64,000 nucleotides of DNA from Octopus vulgaris (GCA_951406725.2 OX597820.1:65906001-65970000); one strand, 5' to 3'; numbered from the stretch's first letter, positions 31,173 through 45,299 are shown. Translations and numbers: made by a program. The notes: a model not told the origin generated them from the letters alone.

Positions 31173-32430
31173 AGGAACAGGAAATATTAACCAAATACCT
31201 GATGCACAAAATGTATAGAAATGCGGGAAAAGTAGTAAAAATTGACAACCGATGCAGAACACCGAAGATATCACCCACGTCATAAGTAGTTATCTGAAAA
31301 TGTCTTCACGATTGTACTACCGATGAGACATGATCTTATAGCTAGGGTATTCTATAATGAAATCCGTCGGAAGGATAACCCCGAGGATAATAAGAACCCG
31401 CGGCATGGTAGAAGCCATAGCCGCTCATAATAAAAAGGAGTACTGACGGAATGTCCTAGTGAGAACCTCAAAAAAATGTAAGCGCAACAGACGTGATATA
31501 ACGATTTGGGATGAGCAGAGAAACTGTGTAGAGTTGTAGAAATTATCTGCCCAGTGAATGTTAGCATAAAGCTGAAGAACAATGAAAAGAGAATACCTAG
31601 GCTGAACTATTGAGAAATCTACAGTTACTCTATCCAGATTACAATTTCAGGTTTATATCTGTAATTACTGGGGCCCTGGGATATGTAACACTGCCTAAAT
31701 AACAATCTTCAGAAATTAGGCTTCTCAAAACCAGAAAAGTGAAAGCTAATTCGAAGACTGGAACTGTAAAAAAATGTAAAACTTTCCAGAAGTGTATCAT
31801 TTAAATACATACAAACATGTCTAGCTATGATACTATATGCATGAGAATACATAAATAAAACAAAACATACACATCTGCACAAATGCATGCATACATACAT
31901 ACATATCTTCTTGTTGATGTTGAAATTTCAATGAAAGAGCCTTGGATCTAGGTTAGCAACCGGCTCTTTCTCTATTGGCAAGGAATATTGAAATAAAACT
32001 GAATAATGACATACATACATTCATACAAACATTCATACATACATACATACATACATACATACATACATACATACATACATACATACATACATTCATACAA
32101 ACATTCATACATACATACATACATACATACATTCATACATACATACATACATACATACATACATACATACATACATACAGACATACATACATACATACAT
32201 ACATACTTAAACTTTCCAGAGGTTTATCATTTAAGTATATATGAGCGTGTCTAGATATGTATGAAAATAATACATAAAACAAAACAGAAATCAGCACGCA
32301 TACACACATACATACATGCAAAAAATACCCTGTTGATGTTGTTGGAATTCAAATTAAGGAGTCTTGGATCTAGGTTAGAAACCAGTTCTTTCTATATTGG
32401 CAAGAAATCTTGAAATAAAACTGAATAATG
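31173..32430 (+). mobile_element. R4-type RLE retrotransposon 3' region (to ~32009) plus a second shorter copy (32205-32430), separated by (CATA)n
   Basis: QEILTKY...EDITHVISS...RHDLIAR...VVEIICP...TGALGY motifs. Shared 3' UTR ending tgaaataaaactgaataatga then (CATA)n. Confidence 0.8.
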
Positions 32431-33692
32431 ACACACGTGCATACATACGTACATAATGGTTGTCCACTCGTGACCATCATTGACCATTAAGAACATGGTA
32501 CTGTCAGACAAACTTATACTTTACACTAGTGACTCCTCTAGTGACTATTGAGCTTAGCTCTTGATCAATATACACGTCCGCAGATATTGCAGACCAAGCT
32601 TCCCCGAATCACTACAATGGCGGGACAGTTTCAAGCACCTCGCTTAAGTTCAGTATGAATATGCGTGTTTAGTTTTTTTTTTAGAAAATACCTACTCCTT
32701 CCTTTATTTGTGTCTTTCATTGGTTGCGATGACAAGCATTACTTTCCTGATTGACCATCTATATCTCAGTAGCCTTCAACGAGAACTTTCTACAAACCTT
32801 AATGTGTAGCCTTGATAATTCCTATTTGGGGCGCTTTTCTTGCATTTTGCTGCGACTCTCACTCATGCTTTTGCTGTGGATTGCTTTCCTGGGGTATATG
32901 TGAGGTGCCATGCATACATACATACATACATACATACATGCATCTAAAATATCTTGATGCTGTCTAAATTCCAATGAAAAAGTTTTGTCTCTAGATCAGA
33001 AACCTTCTCTTTCACCATCGGCGAAAACTTCATCCATTATTACTACCTTTGTAGGCCTTAAAATAATGCAAAAGACAAGTTACTGTGGCCGAAATAACCA
33101 GGTAAAGAATAACAATCATTAAAGACGGTTTCTCCTCCATAACAGCAAGCTAGTAAATCGAAACCAGTAAATGAACATACGAACGCAAGCATACGCTAAT
33201 ACAACGAAGAACAGGAACAGTTACTCATATAAATTTACTGTCAATAGTCGATTAATATTTGTACATTTAGATATATTTCATTTTTATTGTAACGTTCTGC
33301 TAAATGCGCACGCGCATCAGGCCATATTTTCTCTCCTGAAGCTGCCAAAAATCTCACAGAAGTTATGGCGTCACATTATTCATATTCAATATTTTCAAAT
33401 GAGTCCAATAACAAATCTAGCAGCCATTTTCTTTTTTTTTAAATTCACAGTTTCTACTGTTTCTTGTTTTCTTCATATAAATTGTTTGTTTGGATGCGTA
33501 GATAGACGTGTAAAGACGTACGTATGTAGATACAAAAGTGTAGGTAGGCTTGTCGTGCGCATACGTTTGTAAATATATATGTATATATATATGTAGTTTT
33601 GTATGGACATACATATAGACAGTCGTCACTCTCATTTTCTTACTCTTTCTCTTTCTTTGTCTCCGTATAAAAATATATATGTATATATATAT

Positions 33693-33724
<32 letters not shown>

Positions 33725-33820
33725 GTGTGTGTGTATGTATGTGTATATATGTGGGTACGTATGTATACACACACATATATACGTATGTATATTTATATAT
33801 ATAAATATATATATATATAC

Positions 33821-33902
<82 letters not shown>

Positions 33903-34004
33903 ATTTCATATTTATCTCTCAGTGTAAGTTTGTTTTCATGTTGCTTTCTTCTTCCATTACGTCTTTCTGTTTCTTATCTATGATTGTTTTTTTCTACTCA
34001 TTTT

Positions 34005-34041
<37 letters not shown>

Positions 34042-34639
34042 GTATATATACATGTATGTGTGTATATGTATATATGTATATGTATATATGTATACGTATC
34101 TTCCATTTTCCTACATAAAAATATAGAAACAAAAAAAAATGTTCCTAATTTTGTTATTATGCTATCATTTACTGGTTGTTTCGATTTTTGTACATTTTTC
34201 TCAGTTCTACCACACCCTCCCTTCAACCAGCCCGCTTCCTCCTCACCTTCATTCTCTTTCATTACATCTTTCTTCTTTTACGACTCGTTCTTTTTTTCAT
34301 TCTCTCTTCTATTCCTCCTCTGTCTTTACATTAACATTACTACGTTTACTTTTTTTGTTGTTTTTTCTTCTCTTCTCTGCAATTATCCAATTCTTCATTT
34401 TCTTTATTCCATCTCTTCCTACTCTTCATTCTTTTAATTCTTCTCCATCTTCAACTCATTCTTCTCTCTCCCAGTTTTCTTCCTTTTAATTCATTTTCTT
34501 TTTATTTATATTTTTTTCTTTTCTATCTCCTCCTCCTCTTCTTTTGTTTTGTTTTGTTTTTTGTATATATATTTTACATTCGTTTATTATTCAATTCAAC
34601 CGACATAATTTTTGTCTAACGTCCAAATCATTATATATT

Positions 34640-34705
<66 letters not shown>

Positions 34706-34722
34706 TGTATATATATACATAC

Positions 34723-34753
<31 letters not shown>

Positions 34754-35124
34754 CAACCATACATACATACATACATGCACATATACATTTATACAGACAT
34801 ACGTACATGCATGCAAGCGTACACACATACAAACATACACACACACATTTCTCTTTGGAATCGGCTCTGTTATGGATACTTGTATTGTATTCAAAAACAT
34901 ATTGTTCTTCTGTGTTTTCTTTTTCGTCTTCCTCTTCCTCAGTATAGCCTCATCATCACTACCGTCGACCCCACGATCAACATCACTATCATCATCGTAA
35001 TCACCATCATAATCATCATCATCACCACAACCACCACCATCATCGTCATCATCATCATCATCATTACCATCATTACCATCATTATCATCATTATCATCAT
35101 CATCATCATCATCGTCATTATTTC

Positions 35125-35164
<40 letters not shown>

Positions 35165-35363
35165 TGCAGCAGCAGCAGCAATGTTATTATTATCATTCTA
35201 AAAATAATTATTCACTTTCCATTTTCTTTACATTTCTTCTCCCGTCCTTTTTTCCTCCTTCTACAGCTTCCAACTTCTCTCTATTCTTCCATCTTCTCAC
35301 TAAAATTCCCAACACCAACCACACCGAAACCCATCCCGGTCTCTTCTCTGCTTTCTCCTGTAG

Positions 35364-35441
35364 GTATATACGTCTGTCTCTACACCGGAACCACCTCCTA
35401 CGGTTCTTTTGTCTCATTCGCTGTGCTTCAGCTGATTCTAC
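35364..35441 (+). CDS. Candidate 78-nt internal host exon, Ig-domain F/G-strand-like peptide GIYVCLYTGTTSYGSFVSFAVLQLIL
   Basis: Acceptor ctcttctctgctttctcctgtAG, donor GTAAGG, open phase 1-1 frame, G-x-Y-x-C motif, non-repetitive sequence within a microsatellite desert. No partner exon identified. Confidence 0.5.
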
Positions 35442-35699
35442 GTAAGGCAACGACATTTAAACAACGCAAAAATTATTAAAAAGACACAAAATTAAAAATA
35501 ATTACATCGATGTATGTATTTAAGTGTATATATGAGCACATACGAGCACACAATCGTACCTTCCTCCTACATGTATGCATACATACATACACACACATAT
35601 GTGTGTATGTGCTTGTGACTGTGTATGTACGTTTGTATATATAGGTGCTCCAGCATGACCACAACCACATGACTGAAACGAATAAGAGAATAAAAGAAT

Positions 35700-35797
35700 A
35701 TTTGGCACCTTGGCTAGCGTCTTCTACTATAGCCTCGGGCCGACTAAAAACCTTGTGAATGGATTTGATAGACGGAAACTGAAAGAAGCCCGTCATG

Positions 35798-35853
<56 letters not shown>

Positions 35854-36030
35854 CTTGTATGTCTGTGTTTGTCCCTCCAACATCGCTTGACAACCGATGC
35901 TGGTGTGTTTACGCCCCCGTAACCAAGCGGTTCGTCAAAAAACACCGATAGAATATGTACTAGGCTTACAAAGAATAGGTCCTAGGATCGATTTGCTCGA
36001 CTGAAACAAGTAAAAGAATAAAAGAACATA
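35700..36030 (+). mobile_element. SINE family B, 5'-truncated, preceded by a separate tail fragment (35645-35700)
   Basis: tggcaccttgg...aaactgaaagaagcccgtc...gatttgctcgactgaaacaagtaaaag. Confidence 0.85.
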
Positions 36031-36053
36031 AATATATATATATGTATGTATGT

Positions 36054-36096
<43 letters not shown>

Positions 36097-36385
36097 CATA
36101 CATATATATATGTATATGTACATGTATGTATGTATATATATATATATATATAAGTATATATATATATATATATATATACTTATATATACATCTATATGTA
36201 TATATATATACGCATACATAATGGATATATATGCAACAACAAAAAATATATTTATATTCATATATGTGTACGTGTATAAATAAAGGAATATATATTATGC
36301 ATGCACGCACACACACACATATATATATACATACATACATATATATGTATGTACGTATGTATACATACATACATACATACATACA

Positions 36386-36456
<71 letters not shown>

Positions 36457-36459
36457 TAC

Positions 36460-37700
36460 AAGGTTAGAAGTCATTGACACTTTTGTTTACCTTGGAAAAA
36501 CACGTCAAGATGGCCGACGGTCTTGATGTAGAGATATTCTGTTCTGAATAGGGAATGGCAGTGTTGCATTTGGAAACCTCGAAAAGCGAGTATGGGCAGA
36601 TAGAAATATTTCCTTGCAGACAATACTCAGTGTCTATAAAACGTTCACTGCACTTCTTTATTAGAATGAGACGTGGACCGCTTACAGGCGTCATATGAAA
36701 ATGCTGGAGAGATTTCATCAAAAGTTCCACTGACATATCTTAGGAGTCAGGGGGGAATGTTTCATACCAGATAAAGCTCAATTGAACAACATGTTATCTT
36801 GGCTCAAATGAGATGGGCTGGTCATGTTATTAGAATGAAAGATGAGCGATTGTCAAAGCGTCCTTATTATGGTAAGCTTAACTCTGTTAAGCGATTGCAA
36901 GCCGAGAAAAGGGTATAAAGAATGTGTGAAGGATAACCTGAACAAAATAAATATGAACAATAGTGATTGGGAAATTGATACTCTGGATCGGAACATGTGG
37001 AATGGTGCTGTTAGTACTAAATGCAATGCTTGGGAGGAGGAGATGCTTCAGCGCTCTGAGCTTAGAAGGGCATGTCAGAAACGAACAATTAACATTGAAA
37101 TCAACAGTGAATATTTGATGTGTATTATGTGCGATCGTGATCGGTTATCAAAAGCAATATACGTGAATCATATGAAGTCACATGAAAATCGAATGTCCAG
37201 GCCATTAATAATCTTGAAATCCAACCGCCTCTTACAACTTGTGTCATATGTCACAAAACTTGTAAAACAAGATCTGGACTGAAAAGACAGAAGCTAGTTC
37301 GCAAAAAACATTTCTTCAGGATCAGATTCCAAAGAGCAAAGATGTACAAGAAACTTGAATAATATCTGTCACTTGTAAGGCGGCGAGCTGGCAGAAACAT
37401 TAGCACGCCAGGTGATACGCTCAGCAGTATTTCGTCTGCCGCTACGTTCTGAGTTCAAATTCCGCCGAGGTCGACTTTGCCTTTCATCCTTTTGGAGTCA
37501 ATAAATTCAGTGCCAGTTGCGTACTGTTGTCGATCTAATCGACTGGCTCCTCCGCCCACAAAATTTCGGACCTTGTGCCTAGAGTAGAAAAGAATATCTG
37601 TCACTTGTGCTTTAAACGCTGTCAGGAGTTAGTCTTAAATGTCATCTGAAGCTTCACCAACGGAGGGAATTTGCTGTATGATGGGGTGATGTTTGTGTGT
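36460..37700 (+). mobile_element. RTE/BovB-type LINE, degenerate 3' part
   Basis: ETWTAYRRHMKMLERFHQ, MRWAGHVIRMKDERL, WEIDTLDRNMW and a C-terminal C2H2-like finger (CIMCDR...HMKSH); many frameshifts. Confidence 0.88.
37377..37592 (+). mobile_element. Full-length SINE family A (tail 2) nested in the RTE, 16-bp TSD
   Basis: AATATCTGTCACTTGT at 37361-37376 and 37593-37608. Confidence 0.95.
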
Positions 37701-38134
37701 TGATGGGACGGCTATCGTCATTCAAGATGAAGCAATCATCATGTATATTTAAATACATACGTATGTATGCGCACGATTATTGTAAAGTCTGGTTGCACGA
37801 GTTTTTGAAACTAAAAGTGCTTGAAAGAAGCACTCTGCAAATCAGGAATGAGCCTCCCAATATGAGGCTGAGATCGTTACACTCTTAGCTGACCTAAACA
37901 AGAGCATATTGTAGCTGAAACTAAATTATTTTGACAATGTAGCCATTGGAGAAAATTTATCAATGAAACATGAACGAACACCCATAGGAATTAATCAATC
38001 CAACATGGCATTTAGTATTCAAAGGTATCTTAATACCGCTGAAATAAGAGATATAAGTCGTTAACGATCTGAAATGGTAAATGATGTAGCGCCCTTGACT
38101 TGGAAGTTGTGAAAGTTATCATTTGGTAGGTTGA

Positions 38135-38232
<98 letters not shown>

Positions 38233-38264
38233 AGCAGACACTCACACAGCGAGACAGAGACAAA

Positions 38265-39377
38265 CAGTCGGTATCAAAACGTTTCTGGACTAGTTATGTT
38301 TAAGAAAAAAATGACTTATTTACCTAAGTTTTAACATTATCTCCTTCGAAATACTTACCATGCACAGCAATACACTGGTCCCAGCTTCCTGCCACTTTTG
38401 GAGTTCGGCCTGGAAGTCGTTTTCCGTAAGCGAGTCGAGGACCTTCTGCGAATCGCTCTGGATCTCGAAAACGTGCATTTTGAGAAGCATTTTGATCTTG
38501 GGTAAGAGATGGAAGTCTGGGGGTGCTAAATCTGGTGAATAGGGCGCGTGCTGAAACGATACCATGTTGTTTTTGGCGAGATACTCGCGTATGAGGAGAG
38601 TTCAGTGACATAGTTCTTTGACGTCGTGAAGAGTCCAATTCTTCGCCCTCAACAGAACCGGTCGCTTTCGTTGAACGTCCTCCCTAAAACGTTTCAAAAC
38701 GTCAGGAAAGAACTCTCCATTAACGGGCTGGCCCTGAGGAACGAATTCTAGATGCACAATACCGCTGATGTCGAAAAGAAACGATGAGCAGATCTTCCAG
38801 ATCGCTCATCATCCTTCAGGGGGGATCATCAGCTTTTGAAGCACTCGTGCCGCTCGAAACATTGCATACGACCCATTGCCTCGTCGCTGTAAGCTTGCCG
38901 AAGCATGATCAATGTCTCTGTAGCAGACTTACCAAGTTTAATACAAAATTTCACGTTGGCTCTTTGATCCAGCTCCCTGTCCATGACAAAAATCGTAGAC
39001 TACAGCATACATGTGATCACAACAACACAAAAATCACAACTTACGAAGCAAACCCAGCGGCGTTACTTGGCACAATGCCTCATTCAGGTCACTGCTAGCT
39101 TTCATTATGCACGCAACCTCTGTGCTGCCATCTTTTGGCGCGCTACAGGATTACTCTTTTACTCTTTTTTTTTTTACTCTTTTACTTGTTTCAGTCATCT
39201 GATTGTGGCCATGCTGGAACACCGCCATTAGTTGAGGAAATCGACCCCAGGACTTATTCTTTGTAAGCCTAGTACTTATTCTATTGGTCTCTTACGCCGA
39301 ACCGATAAGTTACGGGGACATAAACACACCAGCATCGCTTGTCAAGCGATGTTGGGAGGACAAACACAGACACACAA

Positions 39378-39434
<57 letters not shown>

Positions 39435-39607
39435 TATATACGACGGGCTTCTTTCTGTTTCCGTCTACCAAATCCACTCACAAGGTTTTGGTCGGTCCGA
39501 GGTTATAGTAGAAGACACTTGCCCAAGGTTCCACGCAGTGGGACTGAACCCGGAACCATGTGGTTAGTAAGCAAGCTACTTACCACGACTTTTTGATACA
39601 ACTCGTA
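38265..39607 (-). mobile_element. Defective mariner transposon with a SINE nested near its 5' end
   Basis: N-terminus MDRELDQRANVKFCIKLGKSATETLIMLRQAY (ATG at 38984) and C-terminal HAPYSPDLAPPDFHL. Partial TIRs gtatcaaaa (38271) and ttttgatac (~39591). Confidence 0.85.
39152..39586 (-). mobile_element. SINE family B inside the mariner
   Basis: Family-B reverse complement with internal (CA)n. Confidence 0.9.
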
Positions 39608-39884
39608 TATAGATATATAGGCATGAAAGCAGATAGACACATACACAGACAGACACACGAAATACAGTCAGACGAAATACAGAAATTATCACTCAAACAT
39701 TCAAAATGTTTTAATCAAACACGTTAGATACGGTAATGCTCATAGAACTCTCAACACGATAATGTATCTAAGGGCATGACAGATCATAAAACTAGCTGAA
39801 CTTATTGTGAAGCTTCTACAGGTGAAAACTTAGAATGAAATAGATTCGCTGTTTACTGTTACCGTCATAAACAGATGTCTATAA

Positions 39885-40380
39885 GTCAGTGAGCTGACAG
39901 AATTGTTACCGTGTCGAACAAAATGCGTAGCCGTATTTCGTCTGTCTTTAAGTTCGGAGTTCAAATTCCGCTAATGTTGACTTTGCCTTTCATCCTTCGA
40001 GATCGATAAAATAAGTACCAGTAATATACTGGAGTCGATGTACTTGACTCATACCTTCCCCTGAACTTGTTGGTCTTGCACTAAAATTAGAAACCGGATT
40101 GTAGATGTCGATCAGTCGGCCAGGTGGCAAGGATCATTACCGCCCTAAACAAAATGCGCTGAGATATTTCATCTAGTTTTTTTTTTCCGTTCTGAGTTTA
40201 TACGCCGTCAAGATCGATTTTGCCTTTCATGCTTTCGGGGCGCATAAATCAAGCATCACTTGAGCACTGGGGACAATGTAATCAAATTACCCCCTCCCCT
40301 GAAATTAGTGGCATTGTGCCAAAATTTGAAGCCGTATTATGGATGTCGATAAGGTTGCAGAATCGTTGCTGCGCCGACAA
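39885..40380 (+). mobile_element. Old SINE family A tandem units
   Basis: Two to three diverged family-A bodies. Confidence 0.7.
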
Positions 40381-40384
40381 AATT

Positions 40385-40665
40385 TTGTTGTTTGTTCCTT
40401 CTCGAGCCACGCCTGGCTCATAACGGCCGGTTTCCCGTATTCCATGGCGTATAGGTTCCCCACCTGGACGGGACACCGGTCCATCGCAAGTGAGCTGCAA
40501 GATGCAGGAGGAAAGAGTGAGAGAAAGTTGTGGCAGAAGTTTGCCATTACCCTCTGCCGGAGCTGCGTGGAGCTTAGGTATTTCGGTCATAAACACACAC
40601 ATCGCCCGGTCTGAGATTCGAACCCGGGAGTCCGCTGCTCTAACCACTAGGCCATGTGCCTCCAC
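40385..40665 (-). mobile_element. tRNA-derived SINE family C variant
   Basis: Minus head gtggaggcacatggcctagtggttagagcagcggactcccgggttcgaatctc with A and B boxes; 5' half homologous to 62677-62988, different tail. Confidence 0.85.
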
Positions 40666-41023
40666 TAGACCATGTGCCTATGACAAAATGCGTAGCGATA
40701 TTTCATCCAGCTTTTACGTTCTGAGTTCGATATAGCCTTTTATCCTTTCGGTACCAGTCAAGTATTTTCACCAATGTAATCGATTTGTTATCTTTTGCTT
40801 TTTTTTCAGTCATTAGACTACGCCATGCTGGGGCGCCGCCTTCAAGAATTTTTTAGTTGAATGAACCAACCCTCAGTACTTAATTTTTGTTTAAAGCCGG
40901 GGACTTATTTTATCAGTCACATTTGGTGAAACGCTACATAACAGGGAGGTAAACACTTCAACAACTGTTGCCAAGCGGTGCTGGTGAAGAACATAATATA
41001 TGTACAGACATATATAGATAGAT

Positions 41024-41117
<94 letters not shown>

Positions 41118-41169
41118 GTAGATAGATAGATAGCTATAGATATAAATATATGCATATACATACATACAT

Positions 41170-41487
41170 AAACCAGAAAGGAGAAAGCTATTTCGCAGAA
41201 TACAGATCCAATCAATGGAACCGTAAAAATCTGTAAAACTTACCAGAAGTTTAGCATTTAAATATATATAAGCATGTCTAGATATGCAAATATATGCATG
41301 TGAATACATACATAAAACATGCAAATCTGCACATCCATCCATCCATATATACATACATACATACATACATAAAAACAAACAAAAATACCTTCTTGTTGAT
41401 GTTGAAATTCCAATGAAGGAGCCTTGGATCTAGGTTCGAAACCGATTCTTTCTCTATTGGCAAGAAATCTTGAAATAAACTGAATAA
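41170..41487 (+). mobile_element. Further 3' fragment of the (CATA)n-associated RLE retrotransposon
   Basis: Matches 31728-32009; flanked by CATA repeats on both sides. Confidence 0.85.
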
Positions 41488-41521
41488 CATACATACATAC
41501 ATACATACATACATACATACA

Positions 41522-41552
<31 letters not shown>

Positions 41553-41568
41553 GCATACATATGCATAC

Positions 41569-41615
<47 letters not shown>

Positions 41616-41689
41616 CATACATACATACATACATACATACATACATACATACATACATACATACATACATGCATACAGGCATACATACA

Positions 41690-41904
41690 TTCAAAATGTA
41701 ACCGCCAATGTACCGTTGGCGATTTTTTTCCCTCTCTCTTCCCTTCTCTGGATTTTTCCTTCTCCTGTGTTTCCGACGAAGAGCTCCGCTCGAAACGTTA
41801 AACCCGCCTTCTTTCCTTCTTTCCTGAGCGTCCAATAATACTATATTTGTTCCACGTCCTCGCGTTGTTTTGTTGTTTTTTTTGTGCTTTCATGTTTGGA
41901 TTAA

Positions 41905-41937
<33 letters not shown>

Positions 41938-42265
41938 CATACATACATACATACATGCATGCATGCATACATACATACATACATACATACATACATACAT
42001 ACATACATACATACATACATACATACATACATGCATGCATGCATGCATACATACATTCAAAATGTAACCGCGTGTGTACCGTTGGCGATTTTTTCCCTCT
42101 CTCTTCCCTTCTCTGGATTTTCCTTCTCCTATGTTTCCGACGAAGAGCTCCGCTCGAAACGATAGACCCGCCTTCTTTCCTTCTTTCCTGAGCGTCCAAT
42201 AATACTATATTTGTTCCACGTCCTCGCGTTGTTGTGTTTTTTTGTGCTTTTATGTTTGGATTAAC

Positions 42266-42270
<5 letters not shown>
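41690..42270 (+). mobile_element. Two tandem ~215-bp hammerhead-bearing units (41690-41908, 42056-42268) separated and flanked by (CATA)n; Penelope pLTR/retrozyme-like
   Basis: Near-identical direct repeats, each containing gttt-CCGACGA-a-gagc-tcc-gctc-GAAAC. Confidence 0.8.
41769..41803 (+). ncRNA. Minimal type I hammerhead motif (CCGACGA core variant)
   Basis: gttt-CCGACGA-a-gagc-tcc-gctc-GAAAC-GTT-aaac. The copy at 42133-42167 ends GAAAC-GAT-agac. Confidence 0.75.
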
Positions 42271-42297
<27 letters not shown>

Positions 42298-42892
42298 CAT
42301 ACATACATACATACATACATACATACATACATACATACATACATAAGACGGGCATCTTTCAATTTCCGTCAACCAAATCCTCTCACAAGGCTTTGGTCGG
42401 CGTCAGGCAGAAAGCACTTGCCCAAGGTGCCACGCACGCAGTGGGACTGTACCCGGAACCACACGGTTGAGAAACAAACTTCTTACCACATACCACACAG
42501 TCAAAGCTTAGAAAGAATAATTTATAGACATCAATCGGAGGCAGCCGAACATTTAGGAGAATAGCGGAAACTGCCGAACCATTTATCTCTCACTCAAAGT
42601 ATAAAGTTAATTTTAATAAAATAAATCATGCAACGAACAAAAATTCAACACATATTGTGATTATCGAACTATAACGTTTGTGAATAAATTTTACAATTGA
42701 AATTGTAAAATATATTCCAAATATATTCCAGTGTGTAATCGGCTTCGTCAAGATCTTATTGTTACTGCTATTGAGGAAAAAAATGTTTTTCTCTCTTCTT
42801 GCTAGCTTGTTTTTGTATATTTGCGTATTTTTGCTTCCTTTTTTGCTTATATATATATATATACATATATATTTATATGTGTGTGTGTAGAT

Positions 42893-42958
<66 letters not shown>

Positions 42959-42966
42959 AGATATAA

Positions 42967-43000
<34 letters not shown>

Positions 43001-43292
43001 AGATATAAATATATATATATATATATATATGTAGATATATATATATATATATATATCTACATATATATATATATATATATATGTAGATATAAATATATAT
43101 TTTTATTTATGTATGTATAGAAACATATATACATATATAGGTATGTATTTATGTGTATATGTGCGTGTGCTTGAGTGTGTATGTATGTACGAACGTATGT
43201 ACGAACGTATGTATGTACGTATGTATTGTTGTATGTATGGATATATGTATATATTTATTTATGTATTTATGTGTGTACATATATATACATAC

Positions 43293-43324
<32 letters not shown>

Positions 43325-43504
43325 ATGCACATATGTATGTAAATGCGTATATACAAATGTATGTAAATATGTATGTACGTATAAATAACTATGTTTTTAT
43401 GTATATATGTATGTAGGTGTGTATATAAATTCTTCTATTATTTTGTAATGTCTATCTTTATTTCTCTACGCTTTTGTCATTTCCGCCATTATTATTTTCA
43501 GCAC

Positions 43505-44622
43505 CATCAACGCCATCATCATCATCATCATCATCATCATCACCATTACCATCACCTTCGTGATCATCATCATCATCATCATCATTACCATCATTTCCCC
43601 TCATCACCATCAGCAGCAGCAGTAGCAAAATCTTTTCCATCATTATTTTCAGTGACGTAAGTGTCGTCATCATCATCATCATCATCATCACTATCACCAT
43701 CAGCATAATCACCATCATCATCATCACCACCACCACCACCACCACCATCATCATTATCATCAGCATCATCATCATCATCATCACCTTCATCATAATCACC
43801 ATTATCATCATCTTCGTCACAACCACTACCACCACCACAACCATCACCACCACCACCACTACCACCATCATCATTATCATCAGCATCATCATCATCACCT
43901 TCATCATAATCATAATCACCGTCACCATCATCATCATCATCATCATCGTTGCAATCGTTGTCATCGTCGTTCTCGTCGTCATCGTCGACATTATAGCAAT
44001 CACTGAGCCAAATAAAATTGAGAGGGCATATCAGATGATGCAGCTCTGAATGCAGTGTGTCTTAATAAAAGATGGGATTGTCACAGCTGGAGTACTTTTG
44101 CTCATAAGCCTTCTTGATTAGGGATGACGGGGGTCCCTAAACAGAACAGCTAGCAACAAAATATTCATTGTTATTGCTCTTATGAATATTAATGTCATTT
44201 TTTATCTTCTTCCGCCGCATCACCATCATCGTCATCATCATCATTATCGCCATCATCATCGTCATTGTTAAAATCAACATAAAAGTCATAATTATTATCT
44301 TCATCATCATCATCATCTTCATCATCATCGTCGCCGTCGTCGTCATCGTTGTCGTCATCATTATCGTCTTCATCATCATCATCATCATCATCGTCATCGT
44401 CGTCATCGTCGTCGTCATTATCACTATCACCATCATTGTCAGCATCACCAATATAAAACCCGTAATTATTATCTTCATCTCAACCGCCATCATCATCGTC
44501 GTCACCGCCACGATCATAATCATCACCATCATTATCGCCACCATCGCAATCGCCATCATCATCGTCATTCTCAGCATCACCAATATAAAGTTTTAATCAT
44601 TATGTTCATCTCAACTCCCCCC

Positions 44623-44653
<31 letters not shown>

Positions 44654-44824
44654 GTCTTCATTTACATCATCATTCTCATCAGCATTGTCGTCGACGTCGT
44701 CGTCGTTGTCATTATCATTATCACCATCATCGCCATCATTACCATCATTGTCACCAATATAAAAACCGTAATTATTATCTTCATCTCAACCAACATCATC
44801 ATCGTCGTTACCACCATCATCATG

Positions 44825-44865
<41 letters not shown>

Positions 44866-44880
44866 TATCATCATTCCCAC
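43505..44880. repeat. Compound (CAT)n/(CAC)n/(CGT)n region with higher-order repeats
   Basis: Direct inspection; gives poly-H/M/I ORFs. Confidence 0.9.
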
Positions 44881-45299
44881 AGCCATCATAGAACTATTCA
44901 TAAATGTGTAAAATTGTGCGTTTAAATATGCTGCGGAAGAGTATATTAAATAATAATTTACTAAAATATCTAATAAGACCACCTAACATTGGACCCAACG
45001 TTTTGCTTTACTGTAATTTCAATAACCTCAGCCGGGTCGACACAAAACTCACTGGAAGAGACGAGCGAAAGGAATATGATTTATCATACGCCGAAGATAT
45101 TTTTAAAAAATACGCATATTCGAAAATAGATAGATGAAAGGTGTACGTATATATTGTCTAATGTGGCTATCTGTAAATGATAGTCACATTTTTTGGTGCT
45201 CTACTTCATGGTGAATTCTATGATGTAATACCGTCGATGTTATAAATATTGTTATATAAATGCTTCGCATATACTTTGGTTACTATTTTATCCTTGTGG

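Noticed and set aside
34544-35479. 311-aa ORF
   Set aside because: Mostly microsatellite; only the 78-nt segment with splice sites is retained as a candidate exon.
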